Below the pieces are notes generated by a model that had not been told where the DNA came from, ran no database searches, and saw nothing but the letters and a program-made list of their open reading frames with translations. DNA of 64,000 nt from an uncultured Spirochaetota bacterium (GTDB taxonomy: Bacteria > Spirochaetota > Spirochaetia > SZUA-6 > Fen-1364), in NCBI GenBank assembly GCA_963734545.1, contig CAVTHO010000004.1, positions 96,001 to 160,000 on the forward strand. The letters are read 5' to 3'. Shown one piece after another: positions 1 to 11,306 of this stretch. Position 1 is the stretch's first letter. Each line of letters starts with the position of its first letter. The position numbers were made by a program, and so were the translations under genes.

Positions 1-1
1 C

Positions 2-670
2 TCGGACGGCTTCGTCGTCCTCGGAACCGAGCTGAGCCGCGAGGACGTCGAGTCCTTCCGGGAGCTTCGCAAGCCCCTCGTCTTCCTCGACACCTACCAC
101 GAGTTCCTGGACTTCGACTTCGTCGACATGAACAACGAGGACTCCGTCTTCCTCATCCTGTCCCACCTCCACGCGATGGGCCACCGACAGATCGGCTTCG
201 TCCGCGCGGCGGTCGAGACGCGAAACATCCGCTTGCGCGAAGAGGGATTCTACGCGGGGCTGGGCAGGCTCGGCCTGGAGGCGGACAAATCCTTCGTCTT
301 CGGCGTCGACCAGACCTATCACGGGGCCTACGACGACATGAAGGCGATCCTCGCCGGCGGGCTGAGGCTGCCGACGGCTCTTGTCTGCGGCAACGATATC
401 ATCGCGAGCGGCTGCCTGAAGGCCTGCTCCGACGCCGGCATCAGGGTCCCCGATGACCTCTCTATCGTCGGCTTCGACAATCTCCCCCTCTCGGCGGTCG
501 TCGACCCGCCGCTTACCACCATACAGGTTTCCAAGGCCGAGATCGGCCGTATGGCCGTCCAGCTCCTCGTCTCGCGGCTTCGGAGCGATCCCGACATGCC
601 CTCGGTGAAGGTGCTCATCGGCGGCAAGCTCGTCGAGCGGCGCAGCGTGAAAAGGAGAGAAGCGACATGA
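2..670 (+). CDS. LacI/GalR-family transcriptional regulator, 5' part outside window
   Basis: Frame open from base 2 (SDGFVVLGTE...KPLVFLD). Typical sugar-binding-domain motifs: GHRQIGF, PTALVCGNDIIA, VPDDLSIVGFDN, PPLTTI. Confidence 0.9.
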   Translation, partial: SDGFVVLGTELSREDVESFRELRKPLVFLDTYHEFLDFDFVDMNNEDSVFLILSHLHAMGHRQIGFVRAAVETRNIRLREEGFYAGLGRLGLEADKSFVFGVDQTYHGAYDDMKAILAGGLRLPTALVCGNDIIASGCLKACSDAGIRVPDDLSIVGFDNLPLSAVVDPPLTTIQVSKAEIGRMAVQLLVSRLRSDPDMPSVKVLIGGKLVERRSVKRREAT

Positions 671-1638
671 AGTATTCCGTCATCCTCGGCAACCTGGGCA
701 ACACCTGCGACAGGTTCCTGTCCTCGGGCTACAAGGAACAGCTCCCCAAGCCGGAGATGATCAGGCAGGCCGCGGCCATCGAGGGCGTGAAGGGCGTCGA
801 GCTCGTCGGCACCTGGGACGTGACGCGCGAGAACGTGGACGAGGTCGGCGGGCTCCTTGCCAAACACGGCCTCCAGTGCGTCTCGATCATCCCCGACCAC
901 TTCTCGCAGAAACGCTGGGGCAAGGGCGCCTTCGTCGCGAAGGACCCCGCGATCCGCGCCCAGGCACTCGAGGAAACCCTGTCCGCTGCCGAGCTCGCGC
1001 GGAAGCTGAGATGCCCCCTCGTCAATCTCTGGCCAGGCCAGGACGGCTACGACTACATCTTCCAGTCCGACTACCGCGCGGAGCGGCGTTGGACCATCGA
1101 GGCGGTGACAGCGGCGGCGAAGGCCTACCCGGATATCCGCTTCTCCCTCGAGTACAAGCCAAAGGAGCCCCGCACGCACTCCACGTGGGCGCGCGCCGCT
1201 GACACACTCCTCGTGGCGAGGGAGACGGGCCTCCCCAACGTGGGGGTTACCATCGATACGGGCCACTCGCTTTCGGGCGGCGAGAACATGGCCGAGGCAG
1301 CAGTCATCCTGTCGGACTACGGCCGCAAGCTCTTCCACCTCCACTTCAACGACAACTACCGTTCGTGGGACGACGACATGATCGTGGGCTCGGTGCACTT
1401 CGCGGAGTTCCTCGAGCTGCTCTTCTGGCTGCGGGAGGTCGGTTACGACGGCTGGTACTCCATGGACCAGTACCCGTACCGCGAAGACGGACAGGCCGCC
1501 ATCCGCTCGAGCGTCGAGTTCCTGCGCGGGCTCGAGACCATGCTTGACGGCTCAATCGACGAGCTGCGCGCCGTCATTGCCTCGGGCGACCCGATCAGGT
1601 ACACGGCCTGGCTCAGGTCGAAGCTCTTCCGACGCTGA
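667..1638 (+). CDS. Xylose isomerase-like TIM-barrel sugar isomerase/epimerase
   Basis: WPGQDG, EYKPKEPR, DTGH and HFNDN..WDDD metal-binding motifs of the class I xylose isomerase family. ATGA overlap with the LacI gene. Confidence 0.85.
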   Translation: MKYSVILGNLGNTCDRFLSSGYKEQLPKPEMIRQAAAIEGVKGVELVGTWDVTRENVDEVGGLLAKHGLQCVSIIPDHFSQKRWGKGAFVAKDPAIRAQALEETLSAAELARKLRCPLVNLWPGQDGYDYIFQSDYRAERRWTIEAVTAAAKAYPDIRFSLEYKPKEPRTHSTWARAADTLLVARETGLPNVGVTIDTGHSLSGGENMAEAAVILSDYGRKLFHLHFNDNYRSWDDDMIVGSVHFAEFLELLFWLREVGYDGWYSMDQYPYREDGQAAIRSSVEFLRGLETMLDGSIDELRAVIASGDPIRYTAWLRSKLFRR

Positions 1639-1676
1639 CGACTCCGCGCGGACCAGGGAGTGAACGCAACCGCACC

Positions 1677-2075
1677 CTACTTGCGCCTGGGTTTCGCCTT
1701 TGCGAGGTTGTGTTCAACACCGGCACGGATGAGCGCCTTCAGGGCACTCGCGTTGAGCTTGTCGCCCTCATGAATGTCGATTGCCCGCAGTTTGTTGCCC
1801 TCGAACCCGTTGTTGAAGAGCTTGTGCGGGTCATCGAGGCTCGCGCCTTCGTGAAGCGTCAGCTTCACCTTGTCTTTCAGGATGTTGATGTGGCAGACAC
1901 TCCCGTTGTGCTCCCACACCGGCGTGCCCGGGCGGTTGGCAGTGACCCATTTCCATTCCTCGGTTATCTCAGGGTCAGCATCGTGGATGATCTTGCGAAG
2001 CCTCGTGAAAGTCTCGCCGCGCCAGTCCGGAGTCTTGGCGATCAGGTCATAGATGAGCTCGTTTGGGTTCGGCAT
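1677..2075 (-). CDS. DUF1801 (YdhG-like) domain protein
   Basis: DWRGETFTRLRKIIHDADPEITEEWKW...PVWEHNG...GASLDDP pattern. SD GAGGGGAGG upstream. Confidence 0.85.
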   Translation of the reverse strand: MPNPNELIYDLIAKTPDWRGETFTRLRKIIHDADPEITEEWKWVTANRPGTPVWEHNGSVCHINILKDKVKLTLHEGASLDDPHKLFNNGFEGNKLRAIDIHEGDKLNASALKALIRAGVEHNLAKAKPRRK

Positions 2076-2113
2076 TATTGCTGAGTCCTCCCCTCAGTCT
2101 GTTGGGAAAGTGT

Positions 2114-2161
2114 GCCACCGCGGCTCGCGAGCGCGGTGTGCGCTTGCGAGCCGCGCGTGGC
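2114..2161. terminator. Long GC-rich intergenic hairpin
   Basis: GCGGCTCGCGAGCGC-GGTGT-GCGCTTGCGAGCCGC, extended by GCCAC/GTGGC, between the yciI-like and DUF1801 genes. Confidence 0.5.
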
Positions 2162-2177
2162 CGGGAGCGCTCGGGCC

Positions 2178-2501
2178 TTACGACGCTCCAAAGATCTGTA
2201 CGAGCTTTGTCTCCCCGTCGCCGTAGAGCCGTCGCATGTTCGTGACCCACTCGATGGCCTTCTCCTTGGTGTCCACCTGGATGACGGTGAAACCGGGTAT
2301 CAGCTCCTTCGCCTCCAGGAAGGGGCCGTCGGTGATCGAGACCTTGCCCTCGGTCAAGTGGATCCTGGTCTCCTTGGGATGGAGCCCACCGCCGGTGATG
2401 AGGATTCCCTTCTTGACGGACTCCTCCATGAACTTCCCCAACTCGGCAGGGTCCCGAGGCTGCTGCCTCTCCGTTGGGGAACCGTAGACAAAGAACTGCA
2501 T
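2178..2501 (-). CDS. YciI/DGPF-family protein
   Basis: ITDGPFLEAKELIPGF (DGPF signature). Adjacent to an ECF sigma factor. SD GGAGAAGG. Confidence 0.9.
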   Translation of the reverse strand: MQFFVYGSPTERQQPRDPAELGKFMEESVKKGILITGGGLHPKETRIHLTEGKVSITDGPFLEAKELIPGFTVIQVDTKEKAIEWVTNMRRLYGDGETKLVQIFGAS

Positions 2502-2577
2502 ATCCTTCTCCTTCCGTGAGGCCTCAGCCCCGGCGATCCTGGGGCGCTTGCCTCACCGCATGTGATTTCGTTCAGTA

Positions 2578-2604
2578 GTCGTACGGGGACAGGCAAAAGG
2601 GACA
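2578..2604 (-). promoter_or_regulatory. Candidate ECF42-type promoter for the DGPF gene
   Basis: Minus strand TGTCCC-N17-CGAC, similar to the ECF42 consensus TGTCGA...CGA/TC. A second copy is at 25899-25925. Confidence 0.6.
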
Positions 2605-2615
2605 ATTTCAAAAAA

Positions 2616-3881
2616 CTATCCTGAAATTTCTGCGAGCCGTTTTTCCAGAAAACGGCGCTCAGGCTCCTGCCGGGCAAGCTTGAGGGCGCGCCGGTAGGAT
2701 GCCGCGGCCTCGTCAATGCGCCCCAGCCTCCTGTTCATGTCGGCACGCACGGCATGAGCGGGGTGGTAGTCCGCAAGCTCTCCCCGGTCGAGCAGGGCGT
2801 CGATGAGGGCCAACCCGGCGATTGGCCCGTCACGCATGGCCACGGCGATTGCCCGGTTGAGCTCCACGACAGGCGAGGGGCCTGTCTCCAAAAGCATGTC
2901 GTAGAGGCGGACGATCTGGGCCCAATCCGTTGCCTCGACCGACGGCGCCACGGCATGAACCCCGGCAATGGCGGCCTGGATGGTGTAGGACCCGAACCGG
3001 CCGGACAAGAGGGCCCGATGTACCAGGCCTATCCCTTCCGCTATCAACTCCCGGTTCCAGAGCGACCTGTCCTGATCCTCGAGAGGGATCACGTCACCCC
3101 GCGCGTCTACCCGTGCCGGCCTGCGGGATTCATGCAGGAGCATCAGGCCGAGCAGGCCGATGGCCTCAGGCTCCGGGAGGAGGTCCACGATCAACCGGCC
3201 GAGGTAGAGGGCATCCTCCGCCAGGTCCCGCCGGGAAAGAGCCTGGCCTGCCGTGGTGACAAACCCCTCGTTGTATACCAGGTACACGACCTGAAGGACG
3301 GCCGCAAGACGCCTGGCCAGCTCGGCGCGGGACGGGACCTCGTAGGGGATGCGCTCCTTGCGAATCCGGTCCTTGGCGCGGGCAATCCGTTTCGTCATGG
3401 TTGCCGGGGTAACAAGAAAGGCCCGCGCTATCTCCTCGGTCGTGAGGCCGCAGACCTCGCGAAGCGCCAGGGCGATCCGGCCGTCCTGCGGCAGGGCAGG
3501 ATGGCAGCAGGTGAAGATGAGGCGGAGCTGGTCGTCCTGAAGGGTCTCGTCATCCAGTGCCTCGGGATCGAGAGAGGCCTCCCGGGTTTCCTGGGCCACC
3601 GCAGCCAGCAAGGCCTCGTGACGCCCGCGGCGGCGGACAACGTCGATTCCCTTGAACCTGCCGGTAGAGACAAGCCAGGCTCGCGGATTCCGGGGCAGGC
3701 CTTCCCTCGGCCACTGTTCCAGGGCCGCGCGAAAGGCCTCTTGAAGTGCCTCTTCCGCCAGGTCAAAGTCGCCGAGCAGGCGGACCAGGGTGGCCAACAC
3801 CCGCCTCGACTCGGTGCGGTACAGCTCCGCCACTTGTTCGTCTATCGATTTTTCCAATCCCATTCTTTCTGTCCGCTTCAA
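2616..3881 (-). CDS. ECF42-type RNA polymerase sigma factor with C-terminal DUF6596/TPR extension
   Basis: DFDLAEEALQEAF, LRLIFTCCHPAL, GLTTEEIARAFLV, YLVYNEG, LEDQDRSLW, TDWAQIVRLYD, SPVVELNRA. Exact start uncertain (3881 TTG or 3863 ATG). Confidence 0.9.
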   Translation of the reverse strand: MKRTERMGLEKSIDEQVAELYRTESRRVLATLVRLLGDFDLAEEALQEAFRAALEQWPREGLPRNPRAWLVSTGRFKGIDVVRRRGRHEALLAAVAQETREASLDPEALDDETLQDDQLRLIFTCCHPALPQDGRIALALREVCGLTTEEIARAFLVTPATMTKRIARAKDRIRKERIPYEVPSRAELARRLAAVLQVVYLVYNEGFVTTAGQALSRRDLAEDALYLGRLIVDLLPEPEAIGLLGLMLLHESRRPARVDARGDVIPLEDQDRSLWNRELIAEGIGLVHRALLSGRFGSYTIQAAIAGVHAVAPSVEATDWAQIVRLYDMLLETGPSPVVELNRAIAVAMRDGPIAGLALIDALLDRGELADYHPAHAVRADMNRRLGRIDEAAASYRRALKLARQEPERRFLEKRLAEISG

Positions 3882-3883
3882 TA

Positions 3884-3912
3884 ATACTGCCGGGGTCAGT
3901 CCCCGGCAGTAT
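3884..3912. repeat. Perfect 12-bp inverted repeat at the 5' end of the sigma factor gene
   Basis: ATACTGCCGGGG-TCAGT-CCCCGGCAGTAT. Confidence 0.8.
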
Positions 3913-4107
3913 CTAGACGCGGAAAAGCCGGCGCGGCCGGCAAGAGGCGCGAAGGGTCAGAGAGACGGAACGCCCGCCGCCACGTGGTCTGCCAGCAGCA
4001 CGATGGCGTCAAAAGGCCGCGGCCACGCCCATGCAATTGGCGAAAAGTCCACAAAATAGCCGAGCTGTATAAAGACATCCGGGTTGGTGCGCCGGTAGAG
4101 TAGCCGC

Positions 4108-5655
4108 ATGTATCTGGTCAGTCGAGTGAAAAATCTTTCTCCCGTTGCCTGGATGATCGCGGCCGCGGCATTGGCCAAGCTCATCATTCACCTGCTCACC
4201 GGCTCGAACTACGGTTTCTTCCAGGATGAGCTGTATACGATCGCTCTCTCCAAGCACCTGGACTTCGGCTACGTTGATCTGCCCCCGTTCTTTCCCCTTC
4301 TCGTTGCCGGGAGCCGGTTTCTGTTCGGGGAATCCCTGATTGCCTGCCACATCCTCCCTTCGCTTGCGGGCGCGCTCACCGTGGTATTCGCCTGTCTCAT
4401 CGTTCGGGAGCTCGGCGGAAGGATTTTTGCCGTCGGCCTGACGGCGTTGGCGCTCATCACCTCCCCCTGGTGGCTCATCTTGGATTCGGTCCTCTGCTAC
4501 GACAGCGTAGACCAGCTTGCGCTTACCGTATTCCTGTTCTTCATTGCGCGTTTTCTGCGCACGGGCGACCGGAGGCTCTGGGTCGTCTTCGGCGTGACGG
4601 CGGGCATCGCCTTTCTGACAAAAGGGACGATTCTCTTCCTCGGACCGGGTTTCGTCATCGCGGTCCTCCTCTCGAAATACCGCCGGCAACTTCTTTCGGC
4701 CGAGCCGTGGATAGCGGTGGGTATCTTCCTTGTCCTGGCATCACCGTACGTTATCTGGAACTACGTGAACGATTGGCCGACCGTTGCGTACTGGGTGAGC
4801 TATGGAACGCAGAGGGTACTCCGGTATTCTTTCCTCGAGTACCTCGCCAATTTCCCGCTCACAATGGGATTCGCGATGACGCCCTTCGTCGTCGCCGGGC
4901 TTTATCGTATTTTCCGGCGGTTCTCCGATACTCGCTTTCATGTGTTCGGTATCCTGTTCCTTGCCACCTTCGTCATCGTCTTCGTCCTTCGCGCCAGGGC
5001 GATCGTGCTGGCGGAGCTGTGCGTTCCCCTTGTCGCTGCGGCCGCAGTATGGATGGAGGAAGGGCTCCGGAGCTCGGGCTGGATGAAGTCTTTACGGATC
5101 GCCGCCGTAGCGCTGCTGCTCGCGGAAGGCATCGTAGCGGCGCCGCTGTCGATCCCTATTCTGCCGGAGGCGCGCCTCCTCTCGTATGCGAAGACGTTCC
5201 GCTTCATGTACAAGGATCTCAAGGATTTCAAGACCAATCCCGGGTGGAGTCACCTTGCCTACTTGTTGGGCAGGACCGGATGGGATGAGATCGTCAAGGC
5301 CGTCGCGGACGCGTACAACTCCCTTCCGGCGGAAGACCGCGCGCGGGCCGGAATCATCGGGGGCTGGTACGGCCCTGCGGGCGCCGTCGACCTGCTCGGA
5401 AAGCGCTACGGCCTTCCCGACGCCGTGTCGGGAAGCATGAATTACTATCGATGGGGACCGGGGAGCTCATGGGACGTCATGATCTTCGTCTCGGTCGATT
5501 ACGATACACGGCCGCAGATGTTCTTCCGGGATGCGACGCAGTCGGCCTCGGTGGATTCCAAGGTGACGGGATACCAGAACAGGTACGAGGTCTGGGTCTG
5601 CAGAGATCCGTACTCGCCGCCTGCGGAACTGTGGCCTTCCTTCCTGATGTATTAG
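4108..5655 (+). CDS. GT-C membrane glycosyltransferase (ArnT/PMT-like, GT39/83)
   Basis: YGFFQDELY..ALSKHLDFGYVDLPP motif, many TM helices, C-terminal YGPAGA and YYRWGP. Confidence 0.85.
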   Translation: MYLVSRVKNLSPVAWMIAAAALAKLIIHLLTGSNYGFFQDELYTIALSKHLDFGYVDLPPFFPLLVAGSRFLFGESLIACHILPSLAGALTVVFACLIVRELGGRIFAVGLTALALITSPWWLILDSVLCYDSVDQLALTVFLFFIARFLRTGDRRLWVVFGVTAGIAFLTKGTILFLGPGFVIAVLLSKYRRQLLSAEPWIAVGIFLVLASPYVIWNYVNDWPTVAYWVSYGTQRVLRYSFLEYLANFPLTMGFAMTPFVVAGLYRIFRRFSDTRFHVFGILFLATFVIVFVLRARAIVLAELCVPLVAAAAVWMEEGLRSSGWMKSLRIAAVALLLAEGIVAAPLSIPILPEARLLSYAKTFRFMYKDLKDFKTNPGWSHLAYLLGRTGWDEIVKAVADAYNSLPAEDRARAGIIGGWYGPAGAVDLLGKRYGLPDAVSGSMNYYRWGPGSSWDVMIFVSVDYDTRPQMFFRDATQSASVDSKVTGYQNRYEVWVCRDPYSPPAELWPSFLMY

Positions 5656-5741
5656 TTCCGGTCGGCCTCCCGCGGAGGCCTATGCGCTGGTGTCCCTGGT
5701 GCAGTAGCTTTGAATCCAGCCCGCGATTCGGGAGAGGGACG

Positions 5742-6149
5742 ATGCGAAAGACGAACAGCAACCGATATCGTCGCAGCCAGCAACGCGAACGGATTCTGGA
5801 GCTCCTGAAGGAAACAGACACACACCCTACCGCCAACTGGCTCTACGCCAGGCTGCGGAGGAGTTTCCCTGACCTGAGCATGGGGACCGTCTACCGCAAC
5901 CTCGCCGTGCTGGCCGAACAAGGACTTGTTTCCAGGATCGACTTCGGCAGCACATTTGATCGGTTCGACGCCAATACACAGCATCACTATCATTTCATCT
6001 GCGATATCTGCGGGGCGATCATCGATCTTGACCTCCCGGTTGACGAGTCTTTGAACCGGCGCGTGCGGGCTGCCTCCGGGCTCGAGGCGAAGCGGCACGA
6101 CATCCAGTTCCGAGGTATCTGCGAGATGTGTACCCGGAAGCGGAAATAG
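5742..6149 (+). CDS. perR: Fur-family peroxide regulator (PerR-like)
   Basis: HPTA, LSMGTVYRNL, RFD, HHYHFICDICG and C-terminal CEMC. Directly upstream of katG. SD GGAGAGGG. Confidence 0.8.
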   Translation: MRKTNSNRYRRSQQRERILELLKETDTHPTANWLYARLRRSFPDLSMGTVYRNLAVLAEQGLVSRIDFGSTFDRFDANTQHHYHFICDICGAIIDLDLPVDESLNRRVRAASGLEAKRHDIQFRGICEMCTRKRK

Positions 6150-6172
6150 CGCGGACCCGCCGTCCGCCTATT

Positions 6173-8397
<2,225 letters not shown>

Positions 8398-8422
8398 CGG
8401 CTCCCGGCACCGGGATATTCCA

Positions 8423-8578
8423 CTATAGTTTCATCTCACCGTCTTTGAACACGATCGTCTCAATACCAGTGAGACGAAGCGTACCATATGTCGTCGTATC
8501 ATCCACGAGTTGCCAGCCGCCGCTCACACGTGTAAGCCTGGCGTCCGCTTTCCGGATGGCGAGTACAAGCGTGTCCTG
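8423..8578 (-). pseudogene. C-terminal remnant of an RTX/Ca-binding-type secreted protein
   Basis: Translates QDTLVLAIRKADARLTRVSGGWQLVDDTTTYGTLRLTGIETIVFKDGEMKL*, resembling the L.GIE.I.F.DG tail of RTX-like proteins. No proper start; abuts an IS end. Confidence 0.45.
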
Positions 8579-8626
8579 AGCGTCTGTGGGACCCTCAGGC
8601 AAAGGAACGGAGAAGGATCATCTGAA

Positions 8627-8678
8627 AGGGGACATTTCTATCGAGTCAAAACAGGGGACATTCTAAAGAGCTTTGACA
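8627..8678. mobile_element. Orphan terminal repeat of an ISNCY/IS1202-like insertion sequence
   Basis: Two AGGGGACATT direct repeats (8627-8636, 8653-8662) ending in ...TTTGACA, i.e. a 5'-TGTCA end with repeated transposase-binding sites. No transposase nearby. Confidence 0.6.
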
Positions 8679-8694
8679 ACGCTGATGTGTGATG

Positions 8695-8724
8695 TTGACA
8701 AAAGACCTGATTATCGGATATACT
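8695..8724 (+). promoter_or_regulatory. Sigma70-type promoter for the 8881 gene
   Basis: TTGACA-N18-TATACT. Confidence 0.65.
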
Positions 8725-8880
8725 CTTACGCCAATTAGAGATAGAAGGCCGGTTCGCCCTCTCTGATGGCTGCTGATGGTTCTCCAACGCGGGCTGGCAG
8801 GAGGTGACTTGGGGTAATTTCGATTTCGCAGTGGCTGAATCTGAAAGGCAAGTGATTATCATTCAAAATTGGAGGAATTC

Positions 8881-9990
8881 ATGCGGACTCAACGATCGAT
8901 CCCAGCGTGGTTCACCGTCGCAATCGTCGTATTCATCGCACTGGTCCTGCCCAGGAACGTAGAGGCCCAGGATGTGTACGTCCCCTTCAAGGTGCAGATC
9001 GCCGGGGGGCTGGCCGACTCCGGACCCTCACCCAGCTCGAATCCAGTAATAACGATCGACAGCAATGGAACGTCGACGTTCATGGTGACCAGCATCATCA
9101 TCAAGCGTGGCGTGATGAACCCAGTCGACTTCACCTTCCTGTCCGTCAACAGCGTGACAATCGATGGGATGCTGTTCGATACGCGAACTGGCAACCTGTT
9201 CGGCCCGATTGGTGCTGAATACGGCGTATTGCAGTCCGCCGATATCATGGGAATGCCGGTGCGGCAGACGGGCAGCATGACCAGTGGACCAGGCGGCAAT
9301 GTCCCGCACCAGATCGTCGCCGACGGGGCGGGAGCGCAGGATATCGTCGTACGCCTGTTCTGCAGATCGGACCGCCGCGACCTGAACATCGCCACGATCC
9401 TCGTCGCCGGTCTGAAGAAGCTCCGCGACACGGTGACGGTCTCCTATACGCCCGGCAACTCGCCGCGCAGCGCCGGCTCACGCTCAATCGGCGGGCCTTT
9501 TCGCGCCGACCAACTCGTATGTACCACCGGGCCTCGGTCGGCCCGGTGGCACGTCACCAAACGTCTCTATGCCGCGGCGATGGGAATGCGCGCGGCGTCC
9601 TGTTCCTGCCCGGCTCCGAGATTGAATGTTTCCACCAGACCCTGCAGTTTCTTCGCGAGCTCGGTGAGCTCGACGGTCGCATTGGACATCTGTGATGCGG
9701 CAGAAGCTGCCTCCTGGGTAAGGTCGTTCACGTTCTCCACAGCCCGGGAGACCTGTTGCGCATTGATGGTCTGTTCTTCCGTTGCCGCCGAGATGCTCTG
9801 CGCCATGTCGTTGATCGACTTGTTCGATGAGGTCACGCTGACGATGGCTTTCACCTGGCTCTCGATCCTGTTCGAAAGCTCAGAGACGGCCTGGTTTGTT
9901 TTCTGGGTCCCCGAGATGATCATATTCATTGAGTCCAGGGCGTGCCGGGCAACATCGACGCCCCGGGTGACATTCTTCAGGCTTTCCTGA
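8881..9990 (+). CDS. Secreted hypothetical beta-rich protein; natural end probably near 9460, stop codon missing
   Basis: SD GGAGG and signal peptide ending VEA-Q. Protein-like up to VSYTPGN, then the frame runs antisense into the MCP gene. Confidence 0.6.
   Translation: MRTQRSIPAWFTVAIVVFIALVLPRNVEAQDVYVPFKVQIAGGLADSGPSPSSNPVITIDSNGTSTFMVTSIIIKRGVMNPVDFTFLSVNSVTIDGMLFDTRTGNLFGPIGAEYGVLQSADIMGMPVRQTGSMTSGPGGNVPHQIVADGAGAQDIVVRLFCRSDRRDLNIATILVAGLKKLRDTVTVSYTPGNSPRSAGSRSIGGPFRADQLVCTTGPRSARWHVTKRLYAAAMGMRAASCSCPAPRLNVSTRPCSFFASSVSSTVALDICDAAEAASWVRSFTFSTARETCCALMVCSSVAAEMLCAMSLIDLFDEVTLTMAFTWLSILFESSETAWFVFWVPEMIIFIESRACRATSTPRVTFFRLS
9524..9549. terminator. Hairpin between convergent genes
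   Basis: CCACCGGGCC-TCGGTC-GGCCCGGTGG. Confidence 0.55.
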
Positions 9991-11291
9991 ATCAGCTGCT
10001 CGATCTCCCGCGTGGATGACGCGCTCCGCTCGGCGAGCTTGCTCACCTCCTGAGCCACCACCGCGAACCCCCGTCCGTGCTCTCCGGCCCGCGCGGCCTC
10101 GATGGACGCATTCAACGCGAGCAGGTTCGTCTGGTCGGCGATCTCCGAGATGACGTTGACGATTCCCCCGATGTGCTCCGCGTTCTCCGAGATGGAGCGG
10201 ATTGCCGAAACGGTGTCGTTCACCGCCTCGACTCCGGCGCGGGCCATCGTGATCGACGCCTCCGAGGAGGCAGAGACATCCTGAAGCGTGAGTGACACCT
10301 GCTCCGTGGAGGCGCGCATCTCCTGCACTCCGCCGGCAGCGTGCGTTGCCGACTCGGCCTGGCTTTGTGCATGCTCAGACACCTGCTCCACGCTGGACGT
10401 CAGCTCCTCCACCGCTGCGCTGGTCTCCTCCAGCGTGGACGCCTGGCCTTGCGAGTTCGCGGCGAGCTGATGAGAGCTGGCTGCGATCTGCGCGCTGGAG
10501 CCTGCCAGCTTTTCCGAGGTCTGGCGAATCTCGACCACCATTCCCCGCAGCTGGTCGGTCATCTCGTTGAAACCGGCGCCCACGATTCCCAGCTCGTCCT
10601 TCGCGCGTATCTGGACGCGCGCCGCGAGGTCCCCTCCCGCGATCCGCTTGATGGCATCGCCCAGCTTCTTCAGGGGCCGGCTGACCAGGCGGGAAACGGC
10701 GAGAAGATTGACCGTGGACATGATGACGAGAAAGACCAGGAGAGTGACGCTCAGGATGATGACAAAGCCGTTGATCTGTGCGTACTTGTACCCCTGCGTC
10801 ACCGAGTAGCCGACGTGCCATTGCCAGGGAGCGAAGTAGTCGTACAGTGACCATACCCGCTTGCCCGTGACGGTGGACCACTGCTCGGATCTTGCCTGGC
10901 TGCCGATCATGCGTTTCACGAATTCCGTGCCCGCCAGATCCGCGGCTCCGGCTGAAAGGCCCGGGTAGAGCACGACCTTGCCATCAGCGCTGATGACATG
11001 CGCATAGACGTCAGCCGCATTCTTTCCGGCGTTCACTTCGGCGATGAAGCTCAGGGCTTCCTCCTGCGCGGAAGCCCTGTAGGATTCGACGTCGTCCAGA
11101 CCCGCCTCCTTGATGGCGTCGTAGTTCGTCTGGGCGTGGGAGAGAAGCTTTGTGAGCTTCTCTCCGTAGACCTCCATGTCCTTTCCGTTGATCATGCCGG
11201 CCACCTGCGTATAGAGCATACCGAAGATCCCCGCGAAAACGGCCAGCAGGAGCACCGTCTGAAGGACACTCATTTTGGTTCGGATGTACAT
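9567..11291 (-). CDS. Methyl-accepting chemotaxis protein (TM-Cache-TM-HAMP-MA)
   Basis: [36 protein letters not shown] hairpin, HAMP (AGGDL...DELG), two TM segments. Confidence 0.95.
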   Translation of the reverse strand: MYIRTKMSVLQTVLLLAVFAGIFGMLYTQVAGMINGKDMEVYGEKLTKLLSHAQTNYDAIKEAGLDDVESYRASAQEEALSFIAEVNAGKNAADVYAHVISADGKVVLYPGLSAGAADLAGTEFVKRMIGSQARSEQWSTVTGKRVWSLYDYFAPWQWHVGYSVTQGYKYAQINGFVIILSVTLLVFLVIMSTVNLLAVSRLVSRPLKKLGDAIKRIAGGDLAARVQIRAKDELGIVGAGFNEMTDQLRGMVVEIRQTSEKLAGSSAQIAASSHQLAANSQGQASTLEETSAAVEELTSSVEQVSEHAQSQAESATHAAGGVQEMRASTEQVSLTLQDVSASSEASITMARAGVEAVNDTVSAIRSISENAEHIGGIVNVISEIADQTNLLALNASIEAARAGEHGRGFAVVAQEVSKLAERSASSTREIEQLIQESLKNVTRGVDVARHALDSMNMIISGTQKTNQAVSELSNRIESQVKAIVSVTSSNKSINDMAQSISAATEEQTINAQQVSRAVENVNDLTQEAASAASQMSNATVELTELAKKLQGLVETFNLGAGQEQDAARIPIAAA

Positions 11292-11306
11292 GACTGTTCC
11301 TCGTAC

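Noticed and set aside
8745-8790. GTTCGCC...GCTGATGG resembles a fluoride riboswitch
   Set aside because: The 5' GGCGATGG strand and the 3' CTAC pseudoknot partner are missing, and no fluoride-related gene follows
9485-9520. Minus-strand [11 protein letters not shown] resembling an adenylate cyclase C-terminus
   Set aside because: Only 11 codons; too short to distinguish from chance
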